DNA from: an uncultured Eubacteriales bacterium | GTDB taxonomy: Bacteria; Acidobacteriota; Aminicenantia; Aminicenantales; Aminicenantaceae | Length of the DNA stretch: 64,000 bases | Direction: 5' to 3' | Assembly (NCBI GenBank): GCA_964445575.1 | Contig: CAYULB010000007.1 | Location: 3,039 to 67,038, forward strand | Shown here: positions 45,641 to 55,723 of the stretch, piece by piece | Layout: every line of letters starts with the position of its first letter | How positions within the stretch are numbered: the stretch's first letter is position 1 | The notes under the pieces: generated by a model | Seen by the model: only the letters and a program-made list of their open reading frames with translations | What the model was told of the DNA's origin: nothing | Database searches by the model: none | Made by a program: the position numbers and the translations under genes

Positions 45641-45985
45641 ATGATTAAAAATTTAAAACCCTTGATTTTACTGTTATTCTTTTTAATGGTGATGAGTGCT
45701 CCCCTACTTGCCCAAGAAGCTGAACTTTCCAATAACAGAGCTTCTCTCTTTAAACTATCCTTGATCATAGGAGCAGCTGTCATTACTCTCGCCGCAGCAG
45801 CTGGTATCTTTGGACAGGCTAAAGCTATAAGCAGTGCCTGCGAGGGAATCTCCAGAAATCCAAATTCCGGCCCTCATATAAGATTCCTGTTGATCTTCGG
45901 TCTTGTTCTCATCGAAACTCTTGTTATCTACGCTCTTCTTATTTCCATCATCATCCTCATGGTAAAGTGGGGCCAGTACGTATAA
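45641..45985 (+). CDS. atpE: F0F1 ATP synthase subunit c with an N-terminal signal-peptide-like extension
   Basis: Hairpin GIFGQAKAISSACEGISRNPN...FGLVLIETLVIYALL. Strong AAGGAG RBS 7 nt before ATG 45641, so the ~30-aa extension is probably translated. Confidence 0.85.
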   Translation: MIKNLKPLILLLFFLMVMSAPLLAQEAELSNNRASLFKLSLIIGAAVITLAAAAGIFGQAKAISSACEGISRNPNSGPHIRFLLIFGLVLIETLVIYALLISIIILMVKWGQYV

Positions 45986-46010
45986 ACAAAAATCCCAAAC
46001 AATCGGGAAA

Positions 46011-46880
46011 ATGCACCTCTCTGTCTTCAGCCTTATTAAAACAACTTTTAAAAGATTCAGTGAAGACAGATGTGGAAATTTTTCTATAATTATCTCTTAT
46101 TTCACTTTACTCTGTGCCATACCCCTGGTTGCACTTTTTGCTTTCGTAACCACTAAAGTTCTGGGAAGCGCTGAACTTGCTTTTCGAAGTCTCAATATTC
46201 TCTCCGATGAATTTTTTGCCCAGTTCGATCCCCTCTTTTTTGAGCGGGTACAAGCTATATCTCAAAACATAGAAAATCTGGGCTGGTTTGGCCTAGCAGG
46301 ATCTTTCATAGCCGCCAGCTTTCTGTTTTCCAAACTTATTTATTCAATCAATTTTATTTTCAAAGCAAACTATCAGAAATCCTTTTTCTACAACCGTCTT
46401 ATGGAATACCTGATCATGTTTGTTCTGGGGGTGATAATGCTTATCTCTCTTTCTATAACTGCTATATGGACTGCGCTTCACAGGACCCTGAAAGAAAGCG
46501 ACATCATAGCCAAGCACATCAATCCCAAGGTAGTTTCTCTCGCAAACAATTTTTTTCTGCAATATCTTATCCCCCTAACTCTAACTTTTGTGGTATTTTT
46601 CATTCTTTATAAATTCATTCCTGAAGTAAAAGTCCACACCAAAGCAGCAGTCATAGCGGCTGCAATCAGCACTTTGCTATGGGAAGTCTTTAAGCGCCTC
46701 TTTGTTTTTTATGTGGCCCATCTTTCTGCAATAGGAATAGTCTTATCAAAACTGCTCCAAGGGACTCTGACTTCCATAATATTTTTTCTTCTTTGGATAT
46801 CCTTTTCCCTGATGATTTTATTCTGGGGCGCAGAACTGGCAGCTGTGCTGAATGAGAGGATCCATGAAAAAAAAGCCTGA
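46011..46880 (+). CDS. YihY/BrkB (formerly 'RNase BN') family membrane protein
   Basis: N-terminal F.....C...A..ISYF.L..IPL pattern, 6 TM helices, 289 aa. Confidence 0.75.
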   Translation: MHLSVFSLIKTTFKRFSEDRCGNFSIIISYFTLLCAIPLVALFAFVTTKVLGSAELAFRSLNILSDEFFAQFDPLFFERVQAISQNIENLGWFGLAGSFIAASFLFSKLIYSINFIFKANYQKSFFYNRLMEYLIMFVLGVIMLISLSITAIWTALHRTLKESDIIAKHINPKVVSLANNFFLQYLIPLTLTFVVFFILYKFIPEVKVHTKAAVIAAAISTLLWEVFKRLFVFYVAHLSAIGIVLSKLLQGTLTSIIFFLLWISFSLMILFWGAELAAVLNERIHEKKA

Positions 46881-47919
46881 TAAACTTGTTCCCCCTTTTA
46901 CGGTCAGTCAACTCGCCGAGTATTTGAACTGTCCCTATGAGGGAGAGGAAAAAACCATCATCAAGGGAGTCTCCAATTTAGAAAAAGCAGAAAAAGGAGA
47001 CTTGGTTTTTTTCTCTCAAAAAAAATTCAGGAAATCCCTGGAGTCAACTCAAGCTTCTTGTGCCATCGTCCCCCCTGATGAAAAATTCAGCCGGATACCT
47101 ACCATTAAATCAGATAATCCCCACTTAAGCTTTATCAAGGTCATTGAACTTTTCTACTCTCCTGAATTTCCTGAACCAGGAATTCATCCCAGTGCTTTTG
47201 TATCCCAGACCGCCCGGATTGGGTCTGATGTCTCTGTAGGAGCTTTTACTTCTATAGGCGACCGTGTTGTCGTGGGAGACAAAACCATTATCTATCCTCT
47301 GGTTGCTGTTTATCCAAATGTAAAGATTGGTAAAAATTGTATCATACATTCAAATGTTTCAATTCGGAGTTCCACTGAAATTGGGAATGGCGTCATCATT
47401 CATAATGGAGTCACCCTTGGTTCTGACGGCTTTGGATATGTTAAGAAAAAAGATCAGGCCTACACCAAAGTCCCCCAGATCGGCAGGCTGATCATAAAAG
47501 ACAACGTAGAAATTGGCTCGAACACAGCTGTAGACAGAGCTTCCTTAGAAAGCACCATCATTCACAAAGGAGTTAAAATAGATAATCTGGTTCAGATAGC
47601 CCACAATGTGGAAATAGGGGAAAATTCAATCATTGCTGGACAAACCGGTATAAGCGGCAGTGTAAAAATAGGGAAAAATGTAATCATGGGAGGCCAAGTC
47701 GGAATCGCAGACCACATAGAAATAGGCGATAACACAATCATAGCCGCTAAAACCGGTGTTTCCGGGAACCTCCAATCCAATTCCATTGTGGCAGGCTATC
47801 CTCATCAAGACATGAGGACCTGGAGAAAGATTTGGGCCTCTTTATCCCAACTCCGACCTATGATCAAAGAGGTAAACCGGCTTAAAAAACGGATAGAAAA
47901 TTTGGAGAAAGAAAAATAA
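46864..47919 (+). CDS. lpxD: UDP-3-O-acylglucosamine N-acyltransferase
   Basis: N-terminal uridine-binding domain ([10 protein letters not shown]), a long hexapeptide LbH with the catalytic region GSDGFGY, and a C-terminal helix. ATG 46864 is preferred. Confidence 0.9.
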   Translation: MKKKPDKLVPPFTVSQLAEYLNCPYEGEEKTIIKGVSNLEKAEKGDLVFFSQKKFRKSLESTQASCAIVPPDEKFSRIPTIKSDNPHLSFIKVIELFYSPEFPEPGIHPSAFVSQTARIGSDVSVGAFTSIGDRVVVGDKTIIYPLVAVYPNVKIGKNCIIHSNVSIRSSTEIGNGVIIHNGVTLGSDGFGYVKKKDQAYTKVPQIGRLIIKDNVEIGSNTAVDRASLESTIIHKGVKIDNLVQIAHNVEIGENSIIAGQTGISGSVKIGKNVIMGGQVGIADHIEIGDNTIIAAKTGVSGNLQSNSIVAGYPHQDMRTWRKIWASLSQLRPMIKEVNRLKKRIENLEKEK

Positions 47920-47951
47920 AACTCCAAGCCTGAATAATTCCTTATTTAGAT

Positions 47952-48887
47952 TTATTGTTTATTTTGTTCAATATACTCGTTTACAGCAAGACCTGCCTCA
48001 ACTCCGGCTCCTACGGCAGTGGCAACCTGATTGCTGCAGGAATCGGTCACATCCCCTGCAGCAAATATCCCAGGTTCTGAAGTCGCCATATCTTTCCTGA
48101 CTTTGATTTCTCCATCTTCATTTAAATCCACCAGGCTCTTAATCACAGCTGTATTGGGAACCATGCCTATGGAAACAAACATGCCGTCTAGTTTCAATTC
48201 CCACTGCTTATCTTCTTTGAGGTTAAAGATTTTTGCCGCTTGTATTTTCTGGTCTCCCTTAATTTCCTTGACTACGGAATTCAAGATAAACTCTATTTTG
48301 CGGTTTTCTTTAGCTCTTTTTTGAAGCAATTTTTCTGCTCTAAATTGTTCCCTCCGATGAATGATAGTCACCTTTCTTGCAAACTTAGTCAAAAACAGGG
48401 CTTCTGTTAAAGCATAGCTTCCTCCACCAACAACCGCCACTCTCTTCTCTCTAAAAAAAGCTCCATCACAGGTAGCACAATAAGACACTCCTTTCCCTGT
48501 GAACTGTGCTTCACCCGGTACGTTTAATTTTCTGTGACTCGACCCCGTGGCAATAATAACACATCTGGTCGGATATTCTTTTTCATCTGTGAATACCCTC
48601 AAAACTTTTTCCTTTCTCTTAACACTCTTAACCTCATTCTGTTTGATGTAGCATCCAAATTTTAAGGCCTGAGACCTGAACCTCTCTGCCAGTGAATAGG
48701 TATCGATACCCTCAGGAAAACCCGGGTAATTCTCTATTCTGTCTGTCAATAAGATCTGACCTCCGGGCATGCCTTTATCTAAAATAAGAGTCTTCAGCAA
48801 AGCTCGTCCTGTATAAATTCCTGCTGACAAACCAGCTGGGCCGGCTCCGACAATGACCACATCATAGATTTGCTTCATAAAACTCAT
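47952..48887 (-). CDS. trxB: Thioredoxin-disulfide reductase
   Basis: VVIVGAGPAGLSA, the redox-active CATCDG, and the NADPH motif VVGGGSYA. Confidence 0.95.
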   Translation of the reverse strand: MSFMKQIYDVVIVGAGPAGLSAGIYTGRALLKTLILDKGMPGGQILLTDRIENYPGFPEGIDTYSLAERFRSQALKFGCYIKQNEVKSVKRKEKVLRVFTDEKEYPTRCVIIATGSSHRKLNVPGEAQFTGKGVSYCATCDGAFFREKRVAVVGGGSYALTEALFLTKFARKVTIIHRREQFRAEKLLQKRAKENRKIEFILNSVVKEIKGDQKIQAAKIFNLKEDKQWELKLDGMFVSIGMVPNTAVIKSLVDLNEDGEIKVRKDMATSEPGIFAAGDVTDSCSNQVATAVGAGVEAGLAVNEYIEQNKQ

Positions 48888-48904
48888 CCTTTCTGAATTG
48901 TTTT

Positions 48905-49750
48905 CTACCCCCAGCCCAATTTTTCTTGAACAAGGTCAAAATAGTTCCGTTTGGGGGAGGAAATTAAAGAAAGAGCAAAGTTGCTGCTCTTTATCCTCAC
49001 CTCCTCGTTTTTCTTTATTAAATTCCCTCTCTGCCCATCAAGGGTAAGGTAAGTTTTTTCTCCGCCAGAAAAAATCTTTATAAAGACTTTTGATTCCGAG
49101 GAGATGACCATAGGGCGGAATGTAAGGGTATGAGGACAGATAGGAGAAATGATCAAAGCTGGAATATGAGGCTGGATAATGGGTCCTCCTGCAGAAAGGG
49201 AATAAGCCGTGGAACCTGTGGGGGTAGATATGATAATTCCGTCTACCCGCGGAATCGCTATCTGCTTCTGATTTATCCATATCTCACAGCTTATCATCCT
49301 TGCCAAAGCCCCTTTATTGATCACCACATCATTCAAACAGAGAAATGTTCTTTCCCTGTGAAAAACCTCCAACATCTGCCTGTGGCTGACAATGGAATCA
49401 TTTCCGTTTAGATATTCCTCTAAGGTTAAAATCATTTCATCAAGAGGGACTTCAGTTAAAAAACCAAGGCTTCCCATATTCACTCCCATTACCGGCACTC
49501 CTGACTCAGCCGCTAGATGAGCTACACTCAAAAGAGTCCCATCTCCTCCCAACACTACTACTAAATCAACCTTTCCCGGAATTTTTTCTCTAGATAATCC
49601 TTTATTGTTCTTCATTTTATCTGCAGCGAACTTTTCCAGGACACATTCAATTCCCTTTTTCTGAAAGTAGAAAACCAGCTCTTTTAATACCTTTTCAATA
49701 TTAGGAGCATGAGGCTTTATAATAAATCCCACTCTTTTAATTTCTCTCAT
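48905..49750 (-). CDS. nadK: NAD+ kinase
   Basis: GGDGTLL, the NDVVI region, and STPTGSTAYSLSAGGPI. Confidence 0.92.
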   Translation of the reverse strand: MREIKRVGFIIKPHAPNIEKVLKELVFYFQKKGIECVLEKFAADKMKNNKGLSREKIPGKVDLVVVLGGDGTLLSVAHLAAESGVPVMGVNMGSLGFLTEVPLDEMILTLEEYLNGNDSIVSHRQMLEVFHRERTFLCLNDVVINKGALARMISCEIWINQKQIAIPRVDGIIISTPTGSTAYSLSAGGPIIQPHIPALIISPICPHTLTFRPMVISSESKVFIKIFSGGEKTYLTLDGQRGNLIKKNEEVRIKSSNFALSLISSPKRNYFDLVQEKLGWG

Positions 49751-50525
49751 TCCAAACAGCCTCCTTTATCATTATCCTTAATTCCTGGGAACTAAGGCCG
49801 TCCCCGCTTACAGAACACAATAAAAAAAATTCTCTGTTTCCTTTTTGCCCTCTAACCGGGCTTTCTATTAAACCTTGGACTTTCAGACCTAACTTAAGGA
49901 CTTGCTCTGCGGTTCTGTTCAGTACCTCTTCATGAACATTGGAGTCCTTAATGATTCCGTTCTTTCCTACCAGATTTTTCTCTGCTTCAAACTGAGGCTT
50001 AATCAAGGAGATAATCTTCCCTTTGTTTAATATATTTTGAACAGCTGGGAGAACCTTTAAAATTGAGATAAAGGAAAGATCCATAGTCACAAGCTGAATT
50101 TCTTCTTTAAAGTCTGATTTTTTCAAATATCTTGCGTTCTTTCTTATGAGAATAACCCTGGGATCGTTCCTCAGCTTCCACTCGATCTGCCTGGTATCCA
50201 CATCAACGGCGTAAATTCTTTTTGCTCCTCTCTGAAGCATACAATCTGTAAACCCACCTGTAGATGCTCCCAAGTCCGCAACTGTCATCCCTCTTACATC
50301 CAAACCAAATTCATCTAGAGCTTTCTCTAATTTAAACCCACCGCGCCCTACATAAGGAAGAGTTCTTTCTACAAAAAAGTCTGTTTCCCTATCAATGAAA
50401 TCGCCTGGTTTTTCCACCCTTTTTCCTGAAGCCCTGACCAGTCCAGCCATGATCAATGCTTTTGCCTTTGTTCGATTTTTGACAAATCCCTTATCCACAA
50501 GGAGTTTATCAGCCCTTTCCTTCAT
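49737..50525 (-). CDS. tlyA: TlyA-family rRNA (cytidine-2'-O)-methyltransferase
   Basis: S4 domain N-terminus (ERADKLLVDKGF..SR.KA), FtsJ-like DLGASTGGFTD, and DLSFIS. Confidence 0.9.
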   Translation of the reverse strand: MKERADKLLVDKGFVKNRTKAKALIMAGLVRASGKRVEKPGDFIDRETDFFVERTLPYVGRGGFKLEKALDEFGLDVRGMTVADLGASTGGFTDCMLQRGAKRIYAVDVDTRQIEWKLRNDPRVILIRKNARYLKKSDFKEEIQLVTMDLSFISILKVLPAVQNILNKGKIISLIKPQFEAEKNLVGKNGIIKDSNVHEEVLNRTAEQVLKLGLKVQGLIESPVRGQKGNREFFLLCSVSGDGLSSQELRIMIKEAVWNERN

Positions 50526-50531
50526 TTTAAG

Positions 50532-52418
50532 TCATGTTTTTTGGTTCTTATACAAACTTCTTATATGCTCAACAATACCGTTCGCATCCAACCCAAACAT
50601 TTTTCTTATCTGCTCTGCCTTTCCTACAGGGTATATCTCTGTTGGAATGGCTATTCTTTTAAACTTAACATCAAATCTATTCCTGCTGTCCAATAACTCC
50701 CGGACCGCACTTCCGAATCCCCCTGATACAATGCCTTCTTCTGCGGTGACAATGGCATTCCCTTTTTTTGCAAAACTAAGAATCATATCCTCATCCAGAG
50801 GCCTGGCAAATCTTGCGTTCATAACAGCAAGACTTATTCCCTCTGTCTCAAGCTTTTCCGCTGCTTCCACACAGGAATAAACCATATGACCATAGGCAAT
50901 AAGGAGGTCTTTCCCTTCCTTTAAAAGTTCTCCTTTCCCAATGGGGATATCTTTAAATCCTTTATCCATAGGGACTCCAAATGCTTTCCCCTTAGGGAAT
51001 CGTATAGCAACCGGATGGTTATAAGAAAAAGAAGAACTCAACATATGGCGCAGCTCATTTTCATCTTTAGGTGCCATAACAATCATATTAGGAAGATGCC
51101 TTAGATAGACAATATCATTGATTCCCTGATGGGTGGGACCATCATCAGGGACAATCCCAGCTCGGTCTAACGCAAAAACTAGGGGAATATCCATCAAGCC
51201 CACATCGTGATAAAGCTGGTCATAGGCTCTTTGGAGAAATGATGAATAGATAGCCACCACAGGCTTGAATCCATTCAACGCTAAGGCAGCAGAAAAATCA
51301 ACCGCATGCTGTTCAGCAATACCCACATCAAAAAAACGATCAGGAAATCTATTGGTAAAATTCTTAAGTCCTGTCCCCTCGGGCATTGCAGCTGTAACAG
51401 CCATGATTCTTTCATCTTTTTCCGCCAGTTCTTCGAGGGCCTTGCCAAAAACAGATGAAAATGTGGGACGAGGGTCCTTGTTTTCCATTTGACCTGTCTT
51501 GATGTCAAAGGGATGAGCACTATGGAACTTTGAAGGGTCACTTTGAGCAGGAAGATAACCCTTTCCTTTCTGAGTTGCACACAAGACAATTACCGGCCCA
51601 TCATAATGCTTGGCTTCCTCAAAGGCTTCTATCAAAGACCTGATGCTGTGCCCTTCCACCGCCCCAATATAACGGATTCCCAGTTCCTCAAACACCAAAC
51701 CAGGAAAAAAAGTCTTTTTTATCGCTTCTTCAAAAGCTCTTCCTGCTTTTATCAACGGCCACCCAATCACTGGAATGGCTTTAAGAAAAGTTTTTGCATG
51801 GTCTTTCAGTCTTAAATAATGCTGACCGGAGACAAGATACGTGAGATATTTAGATAAGGCTCCCACGTTCGGGGAAATGGACATCTCATTGTAATTGAGA
51901 ACGATCACTATCTGTTCTCTATGGTGGCCTATCTGGTTCAGAGCTTCCCATGCCATCCCTCCAGTAAGGCCTCCATCTCCAACCACAGCGATTATATTAT
52001 GGTTCTGCTTTTTTCTGTTTCTGGCCACCGCCATTCCCATAGCAGCTGATAGGGCTGTCGAAGCATGTCCTGTATTAAAGACATCATGTCTGCTTTCTTC
52101 TCTGACTGGGAATCCGGAAATGCCGTCCATGGTTCTGAGCTTATAAAATCTATCCTTCCGGCCCGTGATTATTTTATGAGTGTAGCACTGATGTCCCACA
52201 TCCCATATTATTTTATCTTTTGGAGAATCGAACACATAATTCAAAGCTAATGTCAATTCAACTACACCCAGATTAGGAGAAAGGTGCCCTCCGTTCTTTG
52301 ACACAACCTTAATGATCAGATTCCTAATTTCTCCAGCAAGAAGATAAAGCTCCTTTATGGAAAGTGACTTTAAATCACGAGGGTGATTTATTCGGTCAAG
52401 GATATTTTGATTACCCAT
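50532..52418 (-). CDS. dxs: 1-deoxy-D-xylulose-5-phosphate synthase
   Basis: GGHLSPNLGVVELT, GHQCYTHKIITGR, the TPP motif VVGDGGLTGGMAWEALN, and DRAGIVPDDGPTHQG. Confidence 0.95.
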   Translation of the reverse strand: MGNQNILDRINHPRDLKSLSIKELYLLAGEIRNLIIKVVSKNGGHLSPNLGVVELTLALNYVFDSPKDKIIWDVGHQCYTHKIITGRKDRFYKLRTMDGISGFPVREESRHDVFNTGHASTALSAAMGMAVARNRKKQNHNIIAVVGDGGLTGGMAWEALNQIGHHREQIVIVLNYNEMSISPNVGALSKYLTYLVSGQHYLRLKDHAKTFLKAIPVIGWPLIKAGRAFEEAIKKTFFPGLVFEELGIRYIGAVEGHSIRSLIEAFEEAKHYDGPVIVLCATQKGKGYLPAQSDPSKFHSAHPFDIKTGQMENKDPRPTFSSVFGKALEELAEKDERIMAVTAAMPEGTGLKNFTNRFPDRFFDVGIAEQHAVDFSAALALNGFKPVVAIYSSFLQRAYDQLYHDVGLMDIPLVFALDRAGIVPDDGPTHQGINDIVYLRHLPNMIVMAPKDENELRHMLSSSFSYNHPVAIRFPKGKAFGVPMDKGFKDIPIGKGELLKEGKDLLIAYGHMVYSCVEAAEKLETEGISLAVMNARFARPLDEDMILSFAKKGNAIVTAEEGIVSGGFGSAVRELLDSRNRFDVKFKRIAIPTEIYPVGKAEQIRKMFGLDANGIVEHIRSLYKNQKT

Positions 52419-53274
52419 TATGACTGTTGACCTCCAAAAGCTTTAATGCCAAGTATTTCAGTTCACCAGACTTTATGGAACTTTTATCTAAAGCTTTTAC
52501 CGCTGAATTAACACATTGAAAAAGCTTTTTCCTGGCTTTGCTGCGGCCGTAAAAAAAGAGTGTATTGGGACTAAACAGCTCTCCTTTCTGAATGTCTTCC
52601 TTGGAATCAAGGATATCATCTCTTATTTGAAATGCAAACCCGAGATTCTCTGCATACTCTTTTAAGGCCTTCTTCTCATCAGAAGAAGCTTTTCCCAGAA
52701 TGGCTCCGGTCATCACCGATGCTAAGATAAGACTTCCTGTCTTTTTATAAACCAACGATTGATAGTCCTCCCATTTGAAATTATCTGAAGAGGCCTTGAT
52801 GTCTAGATATTGGCCGCCTACCATACCTGAAATCCCAGCAGAGTAGCTGATCTCCTTTGTGGCTTCAACTTTTTCTGGAAGGTCCTGGGCTTCAACACAA
52901 GCCCTCGAAAGAATCTCAAAAGCTAATGTCAGCAAAGCGTCTCCGGAAAGAATAGCCACATCTTCTCCAAATGCTTTGTGACAGGAAGGCTTCCCCCGTC
53001 TAAAATCATCATCATCCATTGCCGGGAGGTCATCGTGTATCAAGGAATAATTATGAATAAGCTCAATGGCACAGGCAAAAGGAAGGGCTTTTTCACTCCC
53101 ACATCCGAAATATTCCCCTGTGGCCAATACCAGGATTGGCCTGAATCTTTTCCCCCCTGAAAAAACTGAATACTTCATAGAATCTTCCAGTTCTCCTTGA
53201 TAACCCTGGAATATTTCCTTCAGCCGGCTCTCAATCAAACTTCTTTTGCTTTGAATCTTCTCTTCTATTTTCAT
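52411..53274 (-). CDS. ispA: (2E,6E)-farnesyl diphosphate synthase / polyprenyl synthetase
   Basis: First DDxxD motif (LIHDDLPAMDDDDFRRGKP) and second (FQIRDDILD). Confidence 0.88.
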   Translation of the reverse strand: MKIEEKIQSKRSLIESRLKEIFQGYQGELEDSMKYSVFSGGKRFRPILVLATGEYFGCGSEKALPFACAIELIHNYSLIHDDLPAMDDDDFRRGKPSCHKAFGEDVAILSGDALLTLAFEILSRACVEAQDLPEKVEATKEISYSAGISGMVGGQYLDIKASSDNFKWEDYQSLVYKKTGSLILASVMTGAILGKASSDEKKALKEYAENLGFAFQIRDDILDSKEDIQKGELFSPNTLFFYGRSKARKKLFQCVNSAVKALDKSSIKSGELKYLALKLLEVNSHNG

Positions 53275-53277
53275 TTT

Positions 53278-53580
53278 TTAAAACGGGAGGGGTTCATCAT
53301 CCCCATCATCTGGATCTTCTTCATCCTTGTTCTCTTCTGAAGAATCCTTTTCCACTTCCTCTATATCAAAAGGCTTAGCCGAAACATTCCCTTCTTCGTC
53401 TTTAAGAAGGATCTCAACTTTTTTTTCAGCTTTTTTGAGTTCATTTCTTAAAAACTTAGCCAGCTTCACTCCTTTTTCAAATAGTTTTAAAGACTCATCC
53501 AAAGACAGATTTCCCTGCTCTAATTTCTCTACAGTTGTTTCTAAATCCTTGAGTGCTTTCTCAAAATTAAGCTCTTTCAT
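53278..53580 (-). CDS. xseB: Exodeoxyribonuclease VII small subunit, with an acidic C-terminal tail
   Basis: FEKALKDLE..V.KLE.G.LSLDESLKLFE.G..L, located next to xseA. Confidence 0.88.
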   Translation of the reverse strand: MKELNFEKALKDLETTVEKLEQGNLSLDESLKLFEKGVKLAKFLRNELKKAEKKVEILLKDEEGNVSAKPFDIEEVEKDSSEENKDEEDPDDGDDEPLPF

Positions 53581-53604
53581 TGTTGTCTCCTAATACACGT
53601 TAAA

Positions 53605-54942
53605 TTATTTTTTCTTGTATCTGTCTTCAATCCCTTTTTGCTTGTCCACTGAATCCACCTTACAGCTAAACTCTCCTTTAAAAAAAGAAACAGTCATTTT
53701 TTTTCCTTTCTCAACCTCATCAACAGTCTGGACCAGTTTATCTTTTCCGCTTTCCCAGCACAAGGTATATCCCTTTTTCAATATATTCAAAGGGCTCAGA
53801 CTGTGCAATTGGGAAGCCAGCATCTCCCATCTGCTTTGGAGGCGGCCCATTTTTTCTCTAATGAGAGAGGTCATTTTTTCTTCTGCCAGTCTTACATCTG
53901 ACCTGTATTCAGCCATTTTTTTCTGCTCGTCCTGGATAAAATCAAAAGCTCTTATCTCCAGGTCATCGACAAGCTGCGATAAATGATACAGACGTTCTTT
54001 GAACCTTTGGAAAGCCCGATGTCTAATCATCTCCATGACCCTATTTTTTCTTTCCTGGGTCATATACCTCATTTGGTGCTGCATTCTCCTTTCCAAACTC
54101 TCAATCCTCTCCGCAAAAGCCTGCTCCTTTTCTATAAGAATTTCTGCTGCTGCTGAAGGTGTGGAGGCTCGCTTGTCAGCAACAAAGTCTGCGATGGTGA
54201 AATCAATCTCGTGGCCCACCGCTGAAATTATGGGAACAAGACACCGGGATATGGCTCTGGCAACCTTTTCTTCATTAAACGCCCATAAATCTTCTATAGA
54301 GCCTCCTCCTCTCCCCACAATAATGACATCTATATCCGGAACCTCCCCCAAGTAATCCAAAGCCTCTACTATCTCCTCTGCCGCCCCTTCTCCCTGGACT
54401 CTTACGGGAAAAATCATAATGTGGAGCTTTGCAAATCTTCTCTCAATTGTCTGAAGGATATCAATTATGGCTGCTCCTCTTGGAGAAGTTATCACTCCAA
54501 CCTTTTTGGGAAGCAGAGGAATTTTTCTCTTTTTTTCGGATTTAAAAAGCCCTTCTTCTTCCAGCTTCTTCTTCAACTGCTCAAAAGCAAGTTGAAGAGC
54601 TCCTTTCCCTTTAGGTTCCACTGCCTCTACCTGGATCTGGTATTGACCTCTCTGTGAATACACACTGATAGGTCCTTTACAAATAACCTGTATTCCATCC
54701 TTCATTTCAAAAGGTATTTTTGCAGCATTGGAGCGCCACATAACAGCTCGCAGCTGAGCCTTTTCATCTTTCAAATCAAAATATAGATGCTGGGAATGAG
54801 CACGCTTAAAATTAGACACTTCTCCTTCTACCCAAACCAACGGGAATTTGCTTTCCAGCTCATTTTTAATGAGACGAGTGATTTCCGAAACCGAGTAGAC
54901 TTTTATTTTTTCTGGAATGCTGTTATTCTTCACCTTCCCCAC
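53605..54942 (-). CDS. xseA: Exodeoxyribonuclease VII large subunit
   Basis: OB-fold N-terminus (VYSVSEIT..IK..LE..F..VWVEGEVSNF), GVITSPRGAAI, GRGGGSIEDLW.FN, and a coiled-coil C-terminus. Confidence 0.92.
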   Translation of the reverse strand: MGKVKNNSIPEKIKVYSVSEITRLIKNELESKFPLVWVEGEVSNFKRAHSQHLYFDLKDEKAQLRAVMWRSNAAKIPFEMKDGIQVICKGPISVYSQRGQYQIQVEAVEPKGKGALQLAFEQLKKKLEEEGLFKSEKKRKIPLLPKKVGVITSPRGAAIIDILQTIERRFAKLHIMIFPVRVQGEGAAEEIVEALDYLGEVPDIDVIIVGRGGGSIEDLWAFNEEKVARAISRCLVPIISAVGHEIDFTIADFVADKRASTPSAAAEILIEKEQAFAERIESLERRMQHQMRYMTQERKNRVMEMIRHRAFQRFKERLYHLSQLVDDLEIRAFDFIQDEQKKMAEYRSDVRLAEEKMTSLIREKMGRLQSRWEMLASQLHSLSPLNILKKGYTLCWESGKDKLVQTVDEVEKGKKMTVSFFKGEFSCKVDSVDKQKGIEDRYKKK

Positions 54943-55723
54943 CCATTTTCACTCTTTCAATCCATAAAGTCTTTCCAGTTGGGAGGTCAACCTCCAGGTA
55001 GACGGCATTGAGGATAAATCCTTCCTTTGAGGGTCCAAATCTCTGAGGACGAAAAGTGAGGAATCTGTCCACAGCCTGCTCTTTTTTAATGCCAATGACC
55101 GACTGATATCCCCCCACCATTCCTACATCTGTAATGTACCCTGTCCCTTGGGGAAGGATTCTTTCGTCTGCTGTGGCCACATGAGTGTGAGTGCCAAGTA
55201 CGGCAGAAACTCTTCCATCAAGATACCAACCTAAAGCCTGTTTCTCAGAAGTTGCTTCGGCGTGAAAATCCACAAGAATAACAGAAGTCTTTTTTTCTAA
55301 GATTTCAATCTGCTGATCAGCTATTCTAAAGGGACAATCAATGGGTTCCATAAACACCCTTCCCTGCAGGTTTAAAAAAGCCACTTTTCTGCCTTTAGGG
55401 TCCTCCACGGTACAGGCTCCTCTTCCTGGACACGGAGGTGGATAATTCGCAGGCCTGATGAGCCGGGGTTCCTGGTCTAAATAATCCAGTGCTTCCTTTT
55501 TATCCCAAACATGATTGCCTGAAGTCAAAACATCAACACTTGAAAAAAGTTCTTTCCCGACTTTTTCTGTAACGCCGATTCCCCCTGCAGAGTTCTCCCC
55601 ATTTCCAGCAATGAGCGAAGGTTGGTACTTCTCCTTTAAATAAGAAAGACATCTTTTTAAGCCATTTCTCCCGGGCCTTCCTATAATATCACCGAAAAAC
55701 AACAGCTTTAGTTTATCTTGCAT
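54923..55723 (-). CDS. ymdB: YmdB-like metallophosphoesterase (TIGR00282 family, 2',3'-cyclic-nucleotide phosphodiesterase)
   Basis: [26 protein letters not shown] and [10 protein letters not shown]. Sits downstream of rny, as in Bacillus. Confidence 0.88.
   Translation of the reverse strand: MQDKLKLLFFGDIIGRPGRNGLKRCLSYLKEKYQPSLIAGNGENSAGGIGVTEKVGKELFSSVDVLTSGNHVWDKKEALDYLDQEPRLIRPANYPPPCPGRGACTVEDPKGRKVAFLNLQGRVFMEPIDCPFRIADQQIEILEKKTSVILVDFHAEATSEKQALGWYLDGRVSAVLGTHTHVATADERILPQGTGYITDVGMVGGYQSVIGIKKEQAVDRFLTFRPQRFGPSKEGFILNAVYLEVDLPTGKTLWIERVKMGGEGEE

Noticed and set aside
50491-50499. Perfect DnaA box TTATCCACA
   Set aside because: It is a single occurrence inside the tlyA coding sequence, with no cluster of boxes, no AT-rich unwinding element and no dnaA/dnaN context.
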